Source: an uncultured Chloroflexia bacterium
GTDB lineage: Bacteria > Chloroflexota > Limnocylindria > Limnocylindrales > CSP1-4
Reading direction: 5' to 3'
DNA length: 64,000 bases
Assembly: GCA_963768655.1 (NCBI GenBank)
Contig: CAVYIM010000007.1
Coordinates: 96,001 to 160,000 of the forward strand
Part shown: in pieces, positions 20,469 to 33,727 of the stretch
Layout: every line of letters starts with the position of its first letter
How positions within the stretch are numbered: the stretch's first letter is position 1
Notes under the pieces: generated by a model
Database searches by the model: none
What the model was told of the DNA's origin: nothing
The model's input: the letters and a program-made list of their open reading frames with translations, nothing else
Position numbers and translations under genes: made by a program

Positions 20469-22943
20469 ATGAGCGGCAACCTTGTGATCGTCGAATCGCC
20501 CGCCAAGGCGAAGACGATAGAACGCTATCTGGGCCCGGGCTACACGGTTCTGGCGTCGTACGGACACGTCCGGGACCTGCCGGAAAACCCCGGCAAGAAC
20601 CAGCTCGGCGTCGACGTCGAGCACGACTTCGCGCCCGTGTACGAGGTCGTGGCGGACCGCAGGAAGCAACTGGCGGCGATCCAGAAGGAGGCCTTGCGCG
20701 CCGACCTGATCTACCTCGCCACCGACCTCGACCGCGAAGGCGAGGCCATCGCCTGGCACGTATCCGAGGCGGCCGGGCTGGCTCCGGAGAGGACCCGCCG
20801 AGTGACTTTCTCCGAGATCACCGAGGCGGCCATCAAGAAGGCTTTCGCGGAACCGCGCTCCATCGACATAAACCTGGTGGACGCGCAGCAGGCGCGCCGA
20901 GTGGTCGACCGCCTGGTCGGCTACACGCTGAGCCCGCTGCTGTGGCGAAAGGTCAGGGCAGGGCTTTCGGCCGGCCGCGTCCAGTCAGTCGCGGTTCGGC
21001 TGGTCGTGGATCGCGAGCGCGAGATCCGCGCCTTCCTGGCCCGCGAGTACTGGACCCTCAAGGTGACTCTCCTCGCGCCCGATGGATCGCCGTTCGAGGC
21101 GGATCTGGCCCGCATCGGCGGCAAGAAGCCCGACATCGGCGACGGCGAGACGGCGGAGCGCCATGCCGCGGCGATCCGGTCCAGCCACCCGATCGTGACC
21201 GAGGTTTCGGTCAAGCAGGCCAACCGCAACCCGGCGCCGCCGTTCACCACCTCGAGCCTGCAGCAGGAGGCGAGCCGCAAGCTCGGCTTCTCGCCCAAGC
21301 GGACGATGAGTGCCGCCCAGCGCCTGTACGAAGGCGTTGCTACTGACGAGGGCCAGGTCGGCCTCATCACCTACATGCGAACCGATTCGGTAGCGCTCTC
21401 AAGCCAGGCTATGGCCGAGGCGGCGCGCGTCGTCGAGTCCCGCTTTGGCGAGCCTTACACCACGCCCAGGGGCCGCGCCTTCAAGACCAGGACGCGCAAT
21501 GCCCAGGAAGCCCACGAGGCGATCCGGCCGACTTCCTTCTGGCGTGACCCGGAGGCCGCGGCCAGGTTCCTCAAGAGCGACGAAGCACGCCTGTACAGGC
21601 TGATCTGGCAACGCGCGCTGGCCAGTCAGATGGCCGCCAAGGAGCAGGAGACGACGACCGCCGAACTCGCGGCCGACGAGTATGACCTCCGAGCGACTGC
21701 CACTAGGACCACCTTCGACGGCTTCTCACGCGTATACACCGAGGGCCAGGACGATTCCGAGGAAGAGAAGGAGTGCAGTCTGCCGCCGCTGCGCGAGCGG
21801 GACGTGACGACCGTCCGGGGAGTGGACAGCCAGCAGCACTTCACCGAGCCGCCGCCACGCTACACGGAGGCAACACTCATCAAGGCCCTGGAGGACCACG
21901 GCATCGGCCGACCGTCCACTTACGCGGCCACGATCTCGACGATCGTGGATCGCGGCTACGTCAAGGTGAAGGAGCGCCGGCTCCATCCCGAGCCGGTGGG
22001 CGAGATAGTGACGGACCTGCTCGTCTGCCACTTCGGCGAGTTCGTGGACCTCGAGTTCACGGCTCGCATGGAGGAGGAGCTCGACGACGTCGCCAGCGGC
22101 AAACGAGCCTGGGTTCCGGTGGTGCGGGAGTTCTATTCGCCATTCCGGACCCGCATCGAGGAGAAGACCAAGGAGTTGCGGCGGGCGGATTTCACGACGC
22201 GGCCGTCCGAAGAGGTGTGCTCGCAGGGCCACCCGATGGTGATCAGGCTCGGCCGATACGGCGAGTTCCTGGCCTGTTCGATGTACCCGGAACACAAGGA
22301 GACCCGCGAGCTCCCCGGGGCCGACGGTCGAGCGCCGGGCACGCCGGCTGTCGGGTCCGACGGGGCGCCGGCCGAACCGGCGCCGGTCGAAGCCTGCCCC
22401 AAGTGCGGGGAGGCCGAAGGCGGCGTGCTCGTGCAGCGTCGCGGCCGTTTCGGGCCGTTCATGGGCTGCTCGCGGTACCCCGACTGCGACTACATCAAGA
22501 AGGATGGTCCGCCGCCACCTGATCCTCTGGGCTTCGACGTGACGTGCCCAACCTGCCATCAGGGGAAGCTCGCGACGAGGCGGGCGCGCCGCACGGGCTC
22601 GCTCTTCTGGGGCTGCTCGCGCTACCCGAAGTGCGACTACACGACCTCGCACGAGCCTCTCGGCGCCGTCCACGACGCCGATGGTGGACCGGTGGCCAGG
22701 GCCGGCGACGGGGCCCTGTGTCTCGTGTGCGGCGCGGCCGTGGAGCTGCCACCCGGCAAGGATCTCGCGGGCAAGCGGCTGCCGGGCGGCGAGCCGAATC
22801 CCGCGGCGCTGGCCCGGCCGAACTCCAACGGCGCGCCCCGACGATCCCGGGCCAGATCCGCGAGGAGTGGCGGGGCGTCCCGTGCCTCTTCCACGCGCAG
22901 AACCGCGGGGAAACGCGCCTCCGGCGCCCGCGACGACGGATGA
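20469..22943 (+). CDS. topA: DNA topoisomerase I
   Basis: [37 protein letters not shown] (catalytic Tyr), GIGRPSTY, C-terminal Zn ribbons. Confidence 0.98.
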   Translation: MSGNLVIVESPAKAKTIERYLGPGYTVLASYGHVRDLPENPGKNQLGVDVEHDFAPVYEVVADRRKQLAAIQKEALRADLIYLATDLDREGEAIAWHVSEAAGLAPERTRRVTFSEITEAAIKKAFAEPRSIDINLVDAQQARRVVDRLVGYTLSPLLWRKVRAGLSAGRVQSVAVRLVVDREREIRAFLAREYWTLKVTLLAPDGSPFEADLARIGGKKPDIGDGETAERHAAAIRSSHPIVTEVSVKQANRNPAPPFTTSSLQQEASRKLGFSPKRTMSAAQRLYEGVATDEGQVGLITYMRTDSVALSSQAMAEAARVVESRFGEPYTTPRGRAFKTRTRNAQEAHEAIRPTSFWRDPEAAARFLKSDEARLYRLIWQRALASQMAAKEQETTTAELAADEYDLRATATRTTFDGFSRVYTEGQDDSEEEKECSLPPLRERDVTTVRGVDSQQHFTEPPPRYTEATLIKALEDHGIGRPSTYAATISTIVDRGYVKVKERRLHPEPVGEIVTDLLVCHFGEFVDLEFTARMEEELDDVASGKRAWVPVVREFYSPFRTRIEEKTKELRRADFTTRPSEEVCSQGHPMVIRLGRYGEFLACSMYPEHKETRELPGADGRAPGTPAVGSDGAPAEPAPVEACPKCGEAEGGVLVQRRGRFGPFMGCSRYPDCDYIKKDGPPPPDPLGFDVTCPTCHQGKLATRRARRTGSLFWGCSRYPKCDYTTSHEPLGAVHDADGGPVARAGDGALCLVCGAAVELPPGKDLAGKRLPGGEPNPAALARPNSNGAPRRSRARSARSGGASRASSTRRTAGKRASGARDDG

Positions 22944-24046
22944 CCTCGGGCGCGGGTCCGGGCGCTGACGGGGCCGCGGCGGCGGTCGAGAGGTTCCTGC
23001 AGGCGCTCCGGGCACGGGGTTCATCGGTGCACACCATCCGCTCCTACCGGACGGCTCTGGAAGGCTACACGAGCTGGCTGTCGACCAACGGCTTCGACTG
23101 GCGGTCCCCATCCCGAGCCGCTCTGCGGGCCTTCCTGGGGTCGCTGTCGGAAGGGCACGGCCGGCGCACCGTGGCACAGCGGTTGGCCGCGTTGCGGTCG
23201 TTCTATCGCTTTGCGACGCGCGAGGAGCTGGTCGCCGGGAACCCGCTGGCGGCCCTGCCGACGCCACGGCAACCGCGCCGGCTGCCGGCCGTTCTCTCGA
23301 TTGCCGATACCGAGCGGCTGATCGAAACAGCGAGCGAGGAAGGGGACTGGGCGCCTGCCGGAACGGCGCGCGCGGTGCTGGAGCGCGCCCTGGCATTACG
23401 GGACGTGGCGATCGTGGAGACGGCCTATGCAGCCGGCCTGCGGATCGGGGAGCTGGCCGCGCTCAGCATAGGTTCGGTGGACCTGCGCCGCGGCGAGGTG
23501 CGCGTGACCGGCAAGGGCCGAAAAGAGCGCATCTCGCTGTTAGGGCGCCCCGCGCGGGCGGCGCTGGCGGCCTACATCGACGCCGGGCGGCCGGCGCTCG
23601 CCAGACGGGCGGCGCCGGCGGTAGACGGCACGCCCCGGGGCGCGGCCACCAGAGCCGGCCGTGTGGCCAGCAGCGCTGGCGGCGCCCGTGAAGCGGCAGG
23701 GCCGGACACCGGCGTCCTCTTCCTGAACCACCGAGGTGCGGCGTTGGGCGCGCGCGGCATGCGCTGGCGGCTGGACCGGCTGCGCGTCGCTGCCGGCTTG
23801 CCGGAGGGGGTCTCGCCCCACACGCTCCGCCACAGCTTCGCCACGCACCTGCTCGACGGCGGCGCGGATCTGCGAGTGGTCCAGGAGCTGCTCGGCCATG
23901 AGAGTCTGGCGACCACGCAGATCTACACGCATGTTTCGCCGGCGCGCTTGCGGGCCGCGTACACTGCCTCCCATCCGCGGGCGCGGCTGCAGGACGCGAA
24001 CGGAGCAGCCGACGCCGGCCCTTCGTCGGATGGCACCGCGGAGTAG
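22940..24046 (+). CDS. xerC: XerC-like tyrosine recombinase
   Basis: ATGA overlap with topA; [40 protein letters not shown]. Confidence 0.9.
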   Translation: MTSGAGPGADGAAAAVERFLQALRARGSSVHTIRSYRTALEGYTSWLSTNGFDWRSPSRAALRAFLGSLSEGHGRRTVAQRLAALRSFYRFATREELVAGNPLAALPTPRQPRRLPAVLSIADTERLIETASEEGDWAPAGTARAVLERALALRDVAIVETAYAAGLRIGELAALSIGSVDLRRGEVRVTGKGRKERISLLGRPARAALAAYIDAGRPALARRAAPAVDGTPRGAATRAGRVASSAGGAREAAGPDTGVLFLNHRGAALGARGMRWRLDRLRVAAGLPEGVSPHTLRHSFATHLLDGGADLRVVQELLGHESLATTQIYTHVSPARLRAAYTASHPRARLQDANGAADAGPSSDGTAE

Positions 24047-24125
24047 CGGCTGGGTTGCCCTGGCCGGGCCGCCGGCTCGTCAAAGTGGCAACCCATCCGC
24101 CGCGCGACATACGGAGGCAAGCTGG

Positions 24126-25385
24126 ATGCCCGGGCGAGTCCCTGGAAACGCAACCGACGCCGAGATCGACACGCCGGGACACGCTTCCGTCGTCGACCTC
24201 GCGCCGGATGCGCGCGCCTGGGACGCGTTCGTCTCGCGCTCGAACCCCGGCTCGTACCTGCAGACCTCGGCCTGGGCCGAGGTGAAGGCGCCGAACGGCT
24301 GGAAGCCGCTGCGCTTCATGGGCTCGAGCGTGGTGAGCCGTCCGGATGCCTGCCAGCCGCCGGCCGACCCTGACGCACCCGAGCATGAAGACGCGACCGC
24401 TGACGAGCAGCCGCGGCGCGAGACGGCGTTCGGCGTGCAGATGCTCCTTCGCCGGCCGCGGCTCTTTCCATGGGCCTTCGCCTACGCCCCTCGCGGGCCC
24501 GTTCTCGAGGCCTGGGATCCGGCGACGCTCGGAGCGTTCACCACGGGCCTGCGACGGGCTCTCGTTGCCGCTCCGCAGCGAGTCTCGCACGTTCGCATCG
24601 AGCCGGAGATCGAGCTCAACGGGCCATGGGACGTGGACGGCGAGCTGCGCCACGCGCTGCGCCACTCCGGCTGGCGTCCCGGCACGCCGGTCCAGCCGCC
24701 CCGGACGCGCCAGATAGACCTGCGGTCGGACGAGGCGGCGCTGTGGGGCGACCTGCGCAAGAAGTGGCGCCAGTACGTCAACAAGGCGCGCAAGAACGAG
24801 ATCCGGGTCGTCGACGCCGCGGTCGATCGCCTGCCGGAGTTCTACTCGATCTACCAGGAAACGGCCAGGCGGGCCGGCTTCATCATCCGAACTTACGACT
24901 CGTATCTGACGGTCTGGCAGGCCTTCGCCAGGCTCGGCATGGCCCGCCTGCTGATGGCCGAAACCAGCGAAGGGCAAGGGCTGGCGACGCTCTTTCTGCT
25001 GCGCGTAGGCGATCGTGTCATCGAGCCGTACGGCGGGATGACAGCGCAAGGTGCCGAGAGCCGCGCGAACTACCTGCTCAAGTGGGAGGCGATCCGGACG
25101 TCGCGGGAGCGGGGTGCCGCTATCTATGACATGTGGGGCCTCTCGCACGAGGGGATCGAGCAGTTCAAGAGCGGTTTTGGCGGTCGGGAGATCCGCTACG
25201 TAGGAGCCTGGGACCTTGTCTTGGACCCCGCCGGAAGACTGGCCTTCGACAGCGCGCAGGTCTGGCAGGACCGCATCGGACGGCTCCGCCACGGCATCCG
25301 CCGCGTTCGAGGCGGCCGCAGGGAAGCGGCCGGCCTGGGAGGCGCCGACGAGGCCGGCGGCGCGGGCGCGGAGGGTGGGGCGTGA
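24126..25385 (+). CDS. FemABX-family peptidoglycan bridge aminoacyltransferase
   Basis: GGAGG SD; YLQT..W..VK, YAPRGP, KWRQYVNKA, YLLKWEAI, YDMWG, FKSGFGG. Confidence 0.9.
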   Translation: MPGRVPGNATDAEIDTPGHASVVDLAPDARAWDAFVSRSNPGSYLQTSAWAEVKAPNGWKPLRFMGSSVVSRPDACQPPADPDAPEHEDATADEQPRRETAFGVQMLLRRPRLFPWAFAYAPRGPVLEAWDPATLGAFTTGLRRALVAAPQRVSHVRIEPEIELNGPWDVDGELRHALRHSGWRPGTPVQPPRTRQIDLRSDEAALWGDLRKKWRQYVNKARKNEIRVVDAAVDRLPEFYSIYQETARRAGFIIRTYDSYLTVWQAFARLGMARLLMAETSEGQGLATLFLLRVGDRVIEPYGGMTAQGAESRANYLLKWEAIRTSRERGAAIYDMWGLSHEGIEQFKSGFGGREIRYVGAWDLVLDPAGRLAFDSAQVWQDRIGRLRHGIRRVRGGRREAAGLGGADEAGGAGAEGGA

Positions 25386-27058
25386 CGTCCGGCGCGGCCG
25401 CGGAGCGGACCCTGGCGGAGATGATCGAAGCGGCCGAGCCGAAGGCGGCTCGCCGGCTGGGCGAGCTGATAGAACGACTCGAGGGCGAGGGCAGGCTGCG
25501 AACCGTTCGCGCCGCTGAAGTGCCGTCGAATGAGGCCCCGGCGGTCCCCGTTGCGTCCGGCTCGCTGCCGATTCTGGGCGTCACCTTCGATTCCAGGCGG
25601 GTCAGGGCCGGCTGCGTGTTCGTGGCGGTTCCAGGCGAGCACGTCGACGGGCACGACTACGTGGCTGCCGCCGTTGCCCTCGGGGCCGCGGCCGTGGTCG
25701 TGGAGCGGCCCGTCGAAGGTCTGCCGGCGCCGCAGATCGTGGTCGATCGCAGCCGGGCCGCCCTGGCCGTCGCCGCCGCGTGGTGGTACGGCGACCCCAG
25801 CCGCGAGATGGGCGTGGTCGGCATTACCGGCACGGATGGCAAGACGACGACCTCGTTCCTGGCGTTGGCTGTGCTGGAGGCGGCTGGGATTTCCACCGGC
25901 CTGCTGACCACCGCCGAGCTGAAAGTCGGCGAGCTTCGGACGGCGAATCCGGAGCACGTGACGACGCCGGAAGCGCCAGATCTCCAGCGCACGCTGAGGG
26001 CCATGGTCGATGCCGGGAATCGGGCCGCCGTCGTCGAAACCACGTCGCACGGGCTGGCCCTCGATCGTGTCGGCGGAGTCGCCTACGACGTCGCCATCTT
26101 CACCAACCTGACCCACGAGCACCTCGAGCTGCACGGCACCTTCGAGGCGTACCGTGAAGCGAAGCTGAGCCTCTTCCGGCGGCTGGGTGCGGAGCATCCG
26201 GCGCGCAAGCGCCTCGCGCTCCCGTGGCCGGCGACGGCGATCGTCAACCACGACGACCCCTCCGCATCTCTCTTCGAGGCGACTGCGGCCCCGAGCGGAG
26301 CCGCGCTGGTCACGTACGGCTTCTCGCCCGAGGCGGACGTCCGGGCCGTCGTCGTCGAAGAAGACGCCCGCCAGCTGAGAGTCAACGTCGAGACGCCGCG
26401 CTGGAGCGGCGAGGTCACCCTGGCGCTGGTGGGCCGCTTCAACGTCCACAACGCCCTGGCCGCGATCGCTCTCGGCGAGGCGTTCGAGCTGGAGCCGGCC
26501 GCGATTCGGAGCGGCCTGGCCGGCGTTCGGGGAGTTCCTGGACGCATGGAGAGAGTGGACTGTGGACAGCCGTTCGGCGTTCTGGTCGACTACGCCCATT
26601 CGCCCGCCTCGCTGCAAACGGTCCTGGATCAGCTTGCGCCGTTGACGTCCGGCGGTGGCGGGCTTATCGCCGTCTTCGGGTCGGCCGGGGAGCGCGACGT
26701 CCAGAAGCGGCCGATGATGGGCCGTATCGCGGGCGAGCGCTGTCGCCTCGTTGTCGTCACCGACGAGGATCCACGGGGCGAAGATCGAGAGGCGATTCTC
26801 GATGAGATCGCCGCGGGCGCGGAGGCCGCGGGCAAGCGTCGCGGCGACGACCTGCTCTGCATCGCGGACCGCCGCGACGCGATCGCCGCCGCCTTCGGGC
26901 GGGCCAGGCCGGGCGACGTCGTTCTGCTGGCCGGGAAGGGTCACGAGCAATCGATCATCATGAGCGACGGACCCCGAGCCTGGGATGAGCGAACCGAGGC
27001 GGTCGCGGCACTGAGGCTGATGGGGTTCCGCCGTCACGGGCGCGATGAAAGAGATTAG
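25382..27058 (+). CDS. murE: UDP-MurNAc-tripeptide ligase
   Basis: GTGA overlap with fem gene; DSRRV, GITGTDGKTTT, TTPE, ETTSH, FTNLTHEHL, VPGRME, VDYAH, DEDPR, AGKGHE. Confidence 0.96.
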   Translation: MTSGAAAERTLAEMIEAAEPKAARRLGELIERLEGEGRLRTVRAAEVPSNEAPAVPVASGSLPILGVTFDSRRVRAGCVFVAVPGEHVDGHDYVAAAVALGAAAVVVERPVEGLPAPQIVVDRSRAALAVAAAWWYGDPSREMGVVGITGTDGKTTTSFLALAVLEAAGISTGLLTTAELKVGELRTANPEHVTTPEAPDLQRTLRAMVDAGNRAAVVETTSHGLALDRVGGVAYDVAIFTNLTHEHLELHGTFEAYREAKLSLFRRLGAEHPARKRLALPWPATAIVNHDDPSASLFEATAAPSGAALVTYGFSPEADVRAVVVEEDARQLRVNVETPRWSGEVTLALVGRFNVHNALAAIALGEAFELEPAAIRSGLAGVRGVPGRMERVDCGQPFGVLVDYAHSPASLQTVLDQLAPLTSGGGGLIAVFGSAGERDVQKRPMMGRIAGERCRLVVVTDEDPRGEDREAILDEIAAGAEAAGKRRGDDLLCIADRRDAIAAAFGRARPGDVVLLAGKGHEQSIIMSDGPRAWDERTEAVAALRLMGFRRHGRDERD

Positions 27059-27094
27059 CGGGGGCCCCAAGGCACCCACGGAGGCCGCGAGCAG

Positions 27095-27802
27095 ATGAGA
27101 TCCTGCCTGATCCAGATCGTCATCACGGTCGTGGTCGTCTTCTGCCTTGTGTGGTTTGGCCTCCCACTCGGCGTCAGCGCGCTTGCCACAGCCGCCCTCA
27201 ATGCAACCGGCTTCAGCGGCACCGGCACCAAGGTCGAGGTGTCGGCCAATCCTCCCTTCATGCTGCTCACCGGACATGCCGACACTATCCGGATTCGGTC
27301 CAGCGACGCACGGATGGGCGATCTCGATGCCGCCGGCGTCGACGTGACGCTCGGCTCTGTCGATCTGCTCAGCCGCAACATCGGCACCGTCACGGGCACG
27401 ATGAGTGGAGTCCGCGTCGCCGCTCCCAACGGCGATCCGGTCCCGATCGATCAAGTCACGCTGCAGGGATCGGCCATCGCGACCAATGCCACCGCCACCT
27501 TGACGATCGCGGAGGCCGAGGCCCTGGTCCAGTCGCAACTGAAAGCCCAGACGGGCATCGTTGCCACGGTTGTCCTCAAGAGCCCGAACCTCGTGACGGT
27601 CACGGCCGGAGGCAAGTCGCAGGCCGGCCGCCTGGTAACCAGCAACGGCGCCCTGCTACTCGTGCCCAACGGCAACACTCTGCCTACCGTCACGCTCATT
27701 GCCCCGGGCACCGCCAACCCGTTGCGCGTGACGTCCGTGAGCATCGGCTCGGCCAATCTGACTCTTGGCGGCACCATCGATATCCAAAATCTGCTCAGCT
27801 AG
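27095..27802 (+). CDS. DUF2993/LmeA-like membrane-anchored protein
   Basis: GGAGG SD; N-terminal TM; P..LLTG..D.I.I pattern followed by a beta-rich body. Confidence 0.65.
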   Translation: MRSCLIQIVITVVVVFCLVWFGLPLGVSALATAALNATGFSGTGTKVEVSANPPFMLLTGHADTIRIRSSDARMGDLDAAGVDVTLGSVDLLSRNIGTVTGTMSGVRVAAPNGDPVPIDQVTLQGSAIATNATATLTIAEAEALVQSQLKAQTGIVATVVLKSPNLVTVTAGGKSQAGRLVTSNGALLLVPNGNTLPTVTLIAPGTANPLRVTSVSIGSANLTLGGTIDIQNLLS

Positions 27803-27856
27803 AACAGTCGGGGTTGAAGGTCTGGATCTTCGGATCTGGCTGGTAGACTCAAGCAA

Positions 27857-30125
<2,269 letters not shown>

Positions 30126-30312
30126 GGGTTCTCCGCGGCCCGCCCGCACCGGGGCGATGACGCCGAGGCCCATGTCAGGTAAACTCCGCCGTCGGCCCTG
30201 TATGCAGGGTATGCTTTCTCATACTCGATCGCGGACAGGACCGTCGCGCCCCGGCGCCACCTCCCGGCCGGCCCAGTGGCCCCGCGCCGGAGCACAAGGA
30301 GTAGTCAGACCA

Positions 30313-30513
30313 ATGGGTGTTCCCAAGAGGAAAGTCTCGCACGCCCGACAGGGCGACCGCCGCGCGCACCTCGCGGTTTCCGTGCCTCACCTCGAACCGT
30401 GCCCGCACTGCCATCAGCCCAAGCAGGTCCATCACGCCTGCCCCAACTGCGGTTACTACGCCGGCCGGCCCACGGTCGAGATCAAGCAGGAAAAGCCGCA
30501 GCAGTCCGCCTGA
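30313..30513 (+). CDS. rpmF: 50S ribosomal protein L32 (Zn-binding form)
   Basis: AAGGAG SD; MGVPKRKVSHARQGDRRAH...CPHC...HHACPNCGYY. Confidence 0.97.
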   Translation: MGVPKRKVSHARQGDRRAHLAVSVPHLEPCPHCHQPKQVHHACPNCGYYAGRPTVEIKQEKPQQSA

Positions 30514-30517
30514 GCCG

Positions 30518-31564
30518 GTGGACCTGAGCACGGTTCGAACGGTCGACACAGGCGCCGTCCGCGTCGTCGTAGACGCCATGGGCGGCGACTACGCGCCCCT
30601 CGAGATCGTCAGCGGGACCCTGTCCTGGGCCCGCAAGCATCCGACCGACACGATCCTGCTGGTCGGCGTCCCGGAGGCAATCGAGCGGGCAGCCGGCGGA
30701 CCGCTGCCCTCCAACGTCCAGCTAGTGGCGGCCGGCCAGGTCGTCGAGATGGACGAGTCGCCGGCGCTCGCCCTCAAGAACAAGAGAGACTCCTCGATCA
30801 TGGTCGCCATGGACCTGATCAAGCAGGGCAAAGGGGACGCCCTGGTCACGGCCGGTCATTCGGGCGCCGGCATGGCCGCGGCGGTCCTGAGACTGGGCCG
30901 CCTGGCGGGTGTGGACCGGCCGGCCCTGGCAGTTCAGATGGTCACCGAGACCGGACCGTTCGTGCTGCTCGACATCGGGGCCAACGTCGACGCCACCGGC
31001 CACAACCTGTACCAGTACGCGCACATGGGCTCGATCTATGCCGAGCGGGTCCTTGGTGTGGCGAGTCCGCGCGTGGCCTTGCTTTCGATCGGCGAGGAAA
31101 GGGGCAAGGGCGACCAGGCGATCCAGCAGGCCACCCAGCTGCTGGACGAGGATGGCAGCCTGAACTTCGTGGGCAACGTCGAGGGCCGGGACCTGGTCAA
31201 GCACAAGGCCGATGTGGTGGTCAGCGACGCCGTCGTGGGCAACGTCACCATGAAGTTCTTTGAGGGGCTCGCGACCTTCATCTTCGATTTGTGGCGACAA
31301 GAGTTCAAACGCGGTATCCGCGGACCGCTCGGCTACGTCTTCATGCGCTCTGGCGTACATCGCATCCGCGATACCTTCGACTACGAGCGGCTGGGCGCCT
31401 CGCCGTTGCTGGGAGTCAAGGGCATGGTCCTGATCACGCACGGAAGCGCCAAGCGGCGCATGATCGAATTCGCAGTGGAAGCGGGCGCGACTGCGGCCCG
31501 GGCCCGGATTCCCGAGCTCATCGCCGGCGCGTTCCGCGGCCAGGCCCGAAAGCCGCAGGCTTGA
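30518..31564 (+). CDS. plsX: Phosphate acyltransferase
   Basis: VDAMGGDYAP, GVDRPAL, LLDIGAN, IGEERGKG, FVGNVEG, HGS. Confidence 0.96.
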   Translation: MDLSTVRTVDTGAVRVVVDAMGGDYAPLEIVSGTLSWARKHPTDTILLVGVPEAIERAAGGPLPSNVQLVAAGQVVEMDESPALALKNKRDSSIMVAMDLIKQGKGDALVTAGHSGAGMAAAVLRLGRLAGVDRPALAVQMVTETGPFVLLDIGANVDATGHNLYQYAHMGSIYAERVLGVASPRVALLSIGEERGKGDQAIQQATQLLDEDGSLNFVGNVEGRDLVKHKADVVVSDAVVGNVTMKFFEGLATFIFDLWRQEFKRGIRGPLGYVFMRSGVHRIRDTFDYERLGASPLLGVKGMVLITHGSAKRRMIEFAVEAGATAARARIPELIAGAFRGQARKPQA

Positions 31565-31575
31565 TCGGAGACGAC

Positions 31576-31950
31576 ATGGAAGGCCACGCTCACGACACTG
31601 CCGGCCCGAGTCCCGCGCCGGCTGCGCACAAGGCGCCGAGCGACCCGCTCACGGTCAGCCACGAAGTCATCGTCGAGATGGTTCGCGTCGCGGCGCTCGA
31701 AGTTCCAGGAGTGCTGAAGGTGAGCCGCGGCGGGCGCCTGGCCCGGCTGTCCGGCTCGCCTGTGCGGGCCCGTTTCGGCGAGGGACGCGTGTCTGTCCGC
31801 GTCTGGATCGTGGCCCGACCCGGTCATGCGCTCGCACCGCTGGCGGCCCAGGTGCGGCAGGCCGTCGGAGCGACGATCGAGCGCCTGCTCGGCCTCGAGC
31901 TGGGCGAAGTCACAGTGGTCGTCGACGGGGTCGGGGGCTGGGGCTCGTGA
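31576..31950 (+). CDS. Asp23/Gls24 family protein
   Basis: VS.EVI.....VAALEVPGV...VRQAV...IERLLGL....VTVVVDGV; typical position before nusB. Confidence 0.88.
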   Translation: MEGHAHDTAGPSPAPAAHKAPSDPLTVSHEVIVEMVRVAALEVPGVLKVSRGGRLARLSGSPVRARFGEGRVSVRVWIVARPGHALAPLAAQVRQAVGATIERLLGLELGEVTVVVDGVGGWGS

Positions 31951-32453
31951 CCCGCTCCGCGCGCGACGCGGGGCCCCGAAGCGGTGTCAGAGCGGGCAAG
32001 CGGGCGCCCGACAAGGTCACGGCAGCCCGGCTCGGGCGCCGGCTGGCCCTGGTTTCCCTGTTCGAGGCCGAGTTCGGGCAGCGGACCGCGGCCTCGATCC
32101 TGGAGCGTCATCTGGCCGAGGGCGGGTCCGACGAACCCACTGCGGAGTTCGCCCGGGTGCTCGTCGCGGGCGTCGTCGACAACCGCGATCGGATCGATGC
32201 GTTGATCGAGCAGGTCGCGCCGGCGTATCCGGTTGTCCAGCTGGCCCGAATGGACCGGACTCTGCTACGTAGCGGCATCGGCGAGGTGCTACACTCCGGC
32301 ACGCCGCCCCGGGTGGCGATTGCCGAATGGGTCGAGCTGGCTCGCACGTACAGTGGCGAACCCGCCCGGCGTCTGGTCAACGGCGTACTCGGGACGATCA
32401 CTCGCGACTCCGTCGCCGGTGCGCGCCACGCCCCGGAGTCGGAGCCGCAGTAA
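31947..32453 (+). CDS. nusB: Transcription antitermination factor NusB
   Basis: RRLAL..LF, IDALI, DRTLLR, P.VAIAE.VELA..Y, LVNGVL. Confidence 0.95.
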   Translation: MTRSARDAGPRSGVRAGKRAPDKVTAARLGRRLALVSLFEAEFGQRTAASILERHLAEGGSDEPTAEFARVLVAGVVDNRDRIDALIEQVAPAYPVVQLARMDRTLLRSGIGEVLHSGTPPRVAIAEWVELARTYSGEPARRLVNGVLGTITRDSVAGARHAPESEPQ

Positions 32454-32494
32454 CCGTCAACCGCAAGCCCAAAGGAACCCCGAGGAGGGCGTCA

Positions 32495-32731
32495 GTGGCC
32501 ACTACCTACGAGCGACTCAAGAAGATCGTGGTCGAGCAGCTCGGCGTCGACGAGGACGAGGTCAAGCCGGAAGCTTCGTTCGTCGACGACCTGAACGCCG
32601 ATTCGCTCGACCTCGTCGAGCTGATCATGAGCCTCGAGGAAGAGTTCGGAACCGAGATCTCCGACGAAGACGCCGAAAAGATCCGGACCGTGCAGGACGC
32701 CGTCGACTACATCGACGAGCACGCGGCCTAG
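32495..32731 (+). CDS. acpP: Acyl carrier protein
   Basis: GAGGAGG SD, GTG start; [20 protein letters not shown]. Confidence 0.98.
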   Translation: MATTYERLKKIVVEQLGVDEDEVKPEASFVDDLNADSLDLVELIMSLEEEFGTEISDEDAEKIRTVQDAVDYIDEHAA

Positions 32732-32746
32732 CCCGCCTCCCGACTG

Positions 32747-33727
32747 ATGCGACCCGCAGCCGCTCTCGCCGAGCGGCTGGGGCTCGCGGTCCGCGACCTC
32801 GAACTCCTGCAGCAGGCCCTGATACACAGCAGTTACCTGCACGAACATCGGGACCTGGCCGTCGGCCACAACGAGCGCCTCGAATTCCTCGGCGACTCGG
32901 TGGTCAGCCTGGCCATCTCGGACGCCCTCTATCGCCGCCACCCCGACGACGACGAGGGCGTTCTCTCGACCAGGCGCGCCTCGATCGTCAGCACGGCCGG
33001 GCTGGCGCGTCTGGCCGGGCGTCTGTCGCTCGGCGAGTACCTCCTACTTGGGGAGGGCGAGTCTCAGCGCGGTGGCAGGCGGCGGCCGGCTCTTCTCGCA
33101 TCCGCTTTCGAGGCCGTCGTAGGCGCGCTGTACCTGGATCTGGGGTACGAGGCCGCCGCCGGATTCGTGGTCGCCCTGGCCGATCCCGAGCTCGCCGCCC
33201 ACCGGTCGCTTGGGTCTCTGAAGAGCCCCAAGAGCCGGCTACAGGAGTTCACCCAGCGTCTATCCGGCGAGCGGCCGCAATACCGCGTGGTCGATGCCGT
33301 CGGGCCGGACCACGACAAGGTCTTCCGCGTCGAGGTGGCTGTGGCCGGTCGCGTCATCGGAGTGGGGGAGGGGCATTCGCGCCGCCTGGCAGAGACGGCA
33401 GCCGCCGCCCGAGCGATCGAGGCCCTGCGCGAGACGCCGGGCGACCTTGCCGCCCAGACGCAAGGGGCGCCGGAACTGGTCGCCTTCGGGTCCGGCGAAG
33501 GTGAGGACGAGGACGAGGTCGATGAGTGGGAGACGTTCGGTCAGCCGGGCAATTCCGCGGCCGAGCCGTGGTTCGAGTTCGATCTCGAGCTCCCGGGCGA
33601 AGCTGGCGGCGGGACACCCGATGCCGGTTCGGAGGCGGGTCGAGGCGACAGTCAGGTCATGACGATCCGGTACCGCCGGCTACGCCCGGGCGCTGACGAC
33701 CGCCGCCGAGCGGGCCGGGCCCGATGA
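32747..33727 (+). CDS. rnc: Ribonuclease III with an acidic C-terminal extension
   Basis: HSSY, NERLEFLGDS, FEAVVGALYLD, dsRBD (PKSRLQE...GPDH). Confidence 0.96.
   Translation: MRPAAALAERLGLAVRDLELLQQALIHSSYLHEHRDLAVGHNERLEFLGDSVVSLAISDALYRRHPDDDEGVLSTRRASIVSTAGLARLAGRLSLGEYLLLGEGESQRGGRRRPALLASAFEAVVGALYLDLGYEAAAGFVVALADPELAAHRSLGSLKSPKSRLQEFTQRLSGERPQYRVVDAVGPDHDKVFRVEVAVAGRVIGVGEGHSRRLAETAAAARAIEALRETPGDLAAQTQGAPELVAFGSGEGEDEDEVDEWETFGQPGNSAAEPWFEFDLELPGEAGGGTPDAGSEAGRGDSQVMTIRYRRLRPGADDRRRAGRAR

Noticed and set aside
22940-24046. Tyrosine recombinase as the integrase of a mobile element or the shuffler of the CAP genes
   Set aside because: It is coupled to topA in the common topA-xerC arrangement, and I saw no att sites or inverted recombination sites around the CAP pair.
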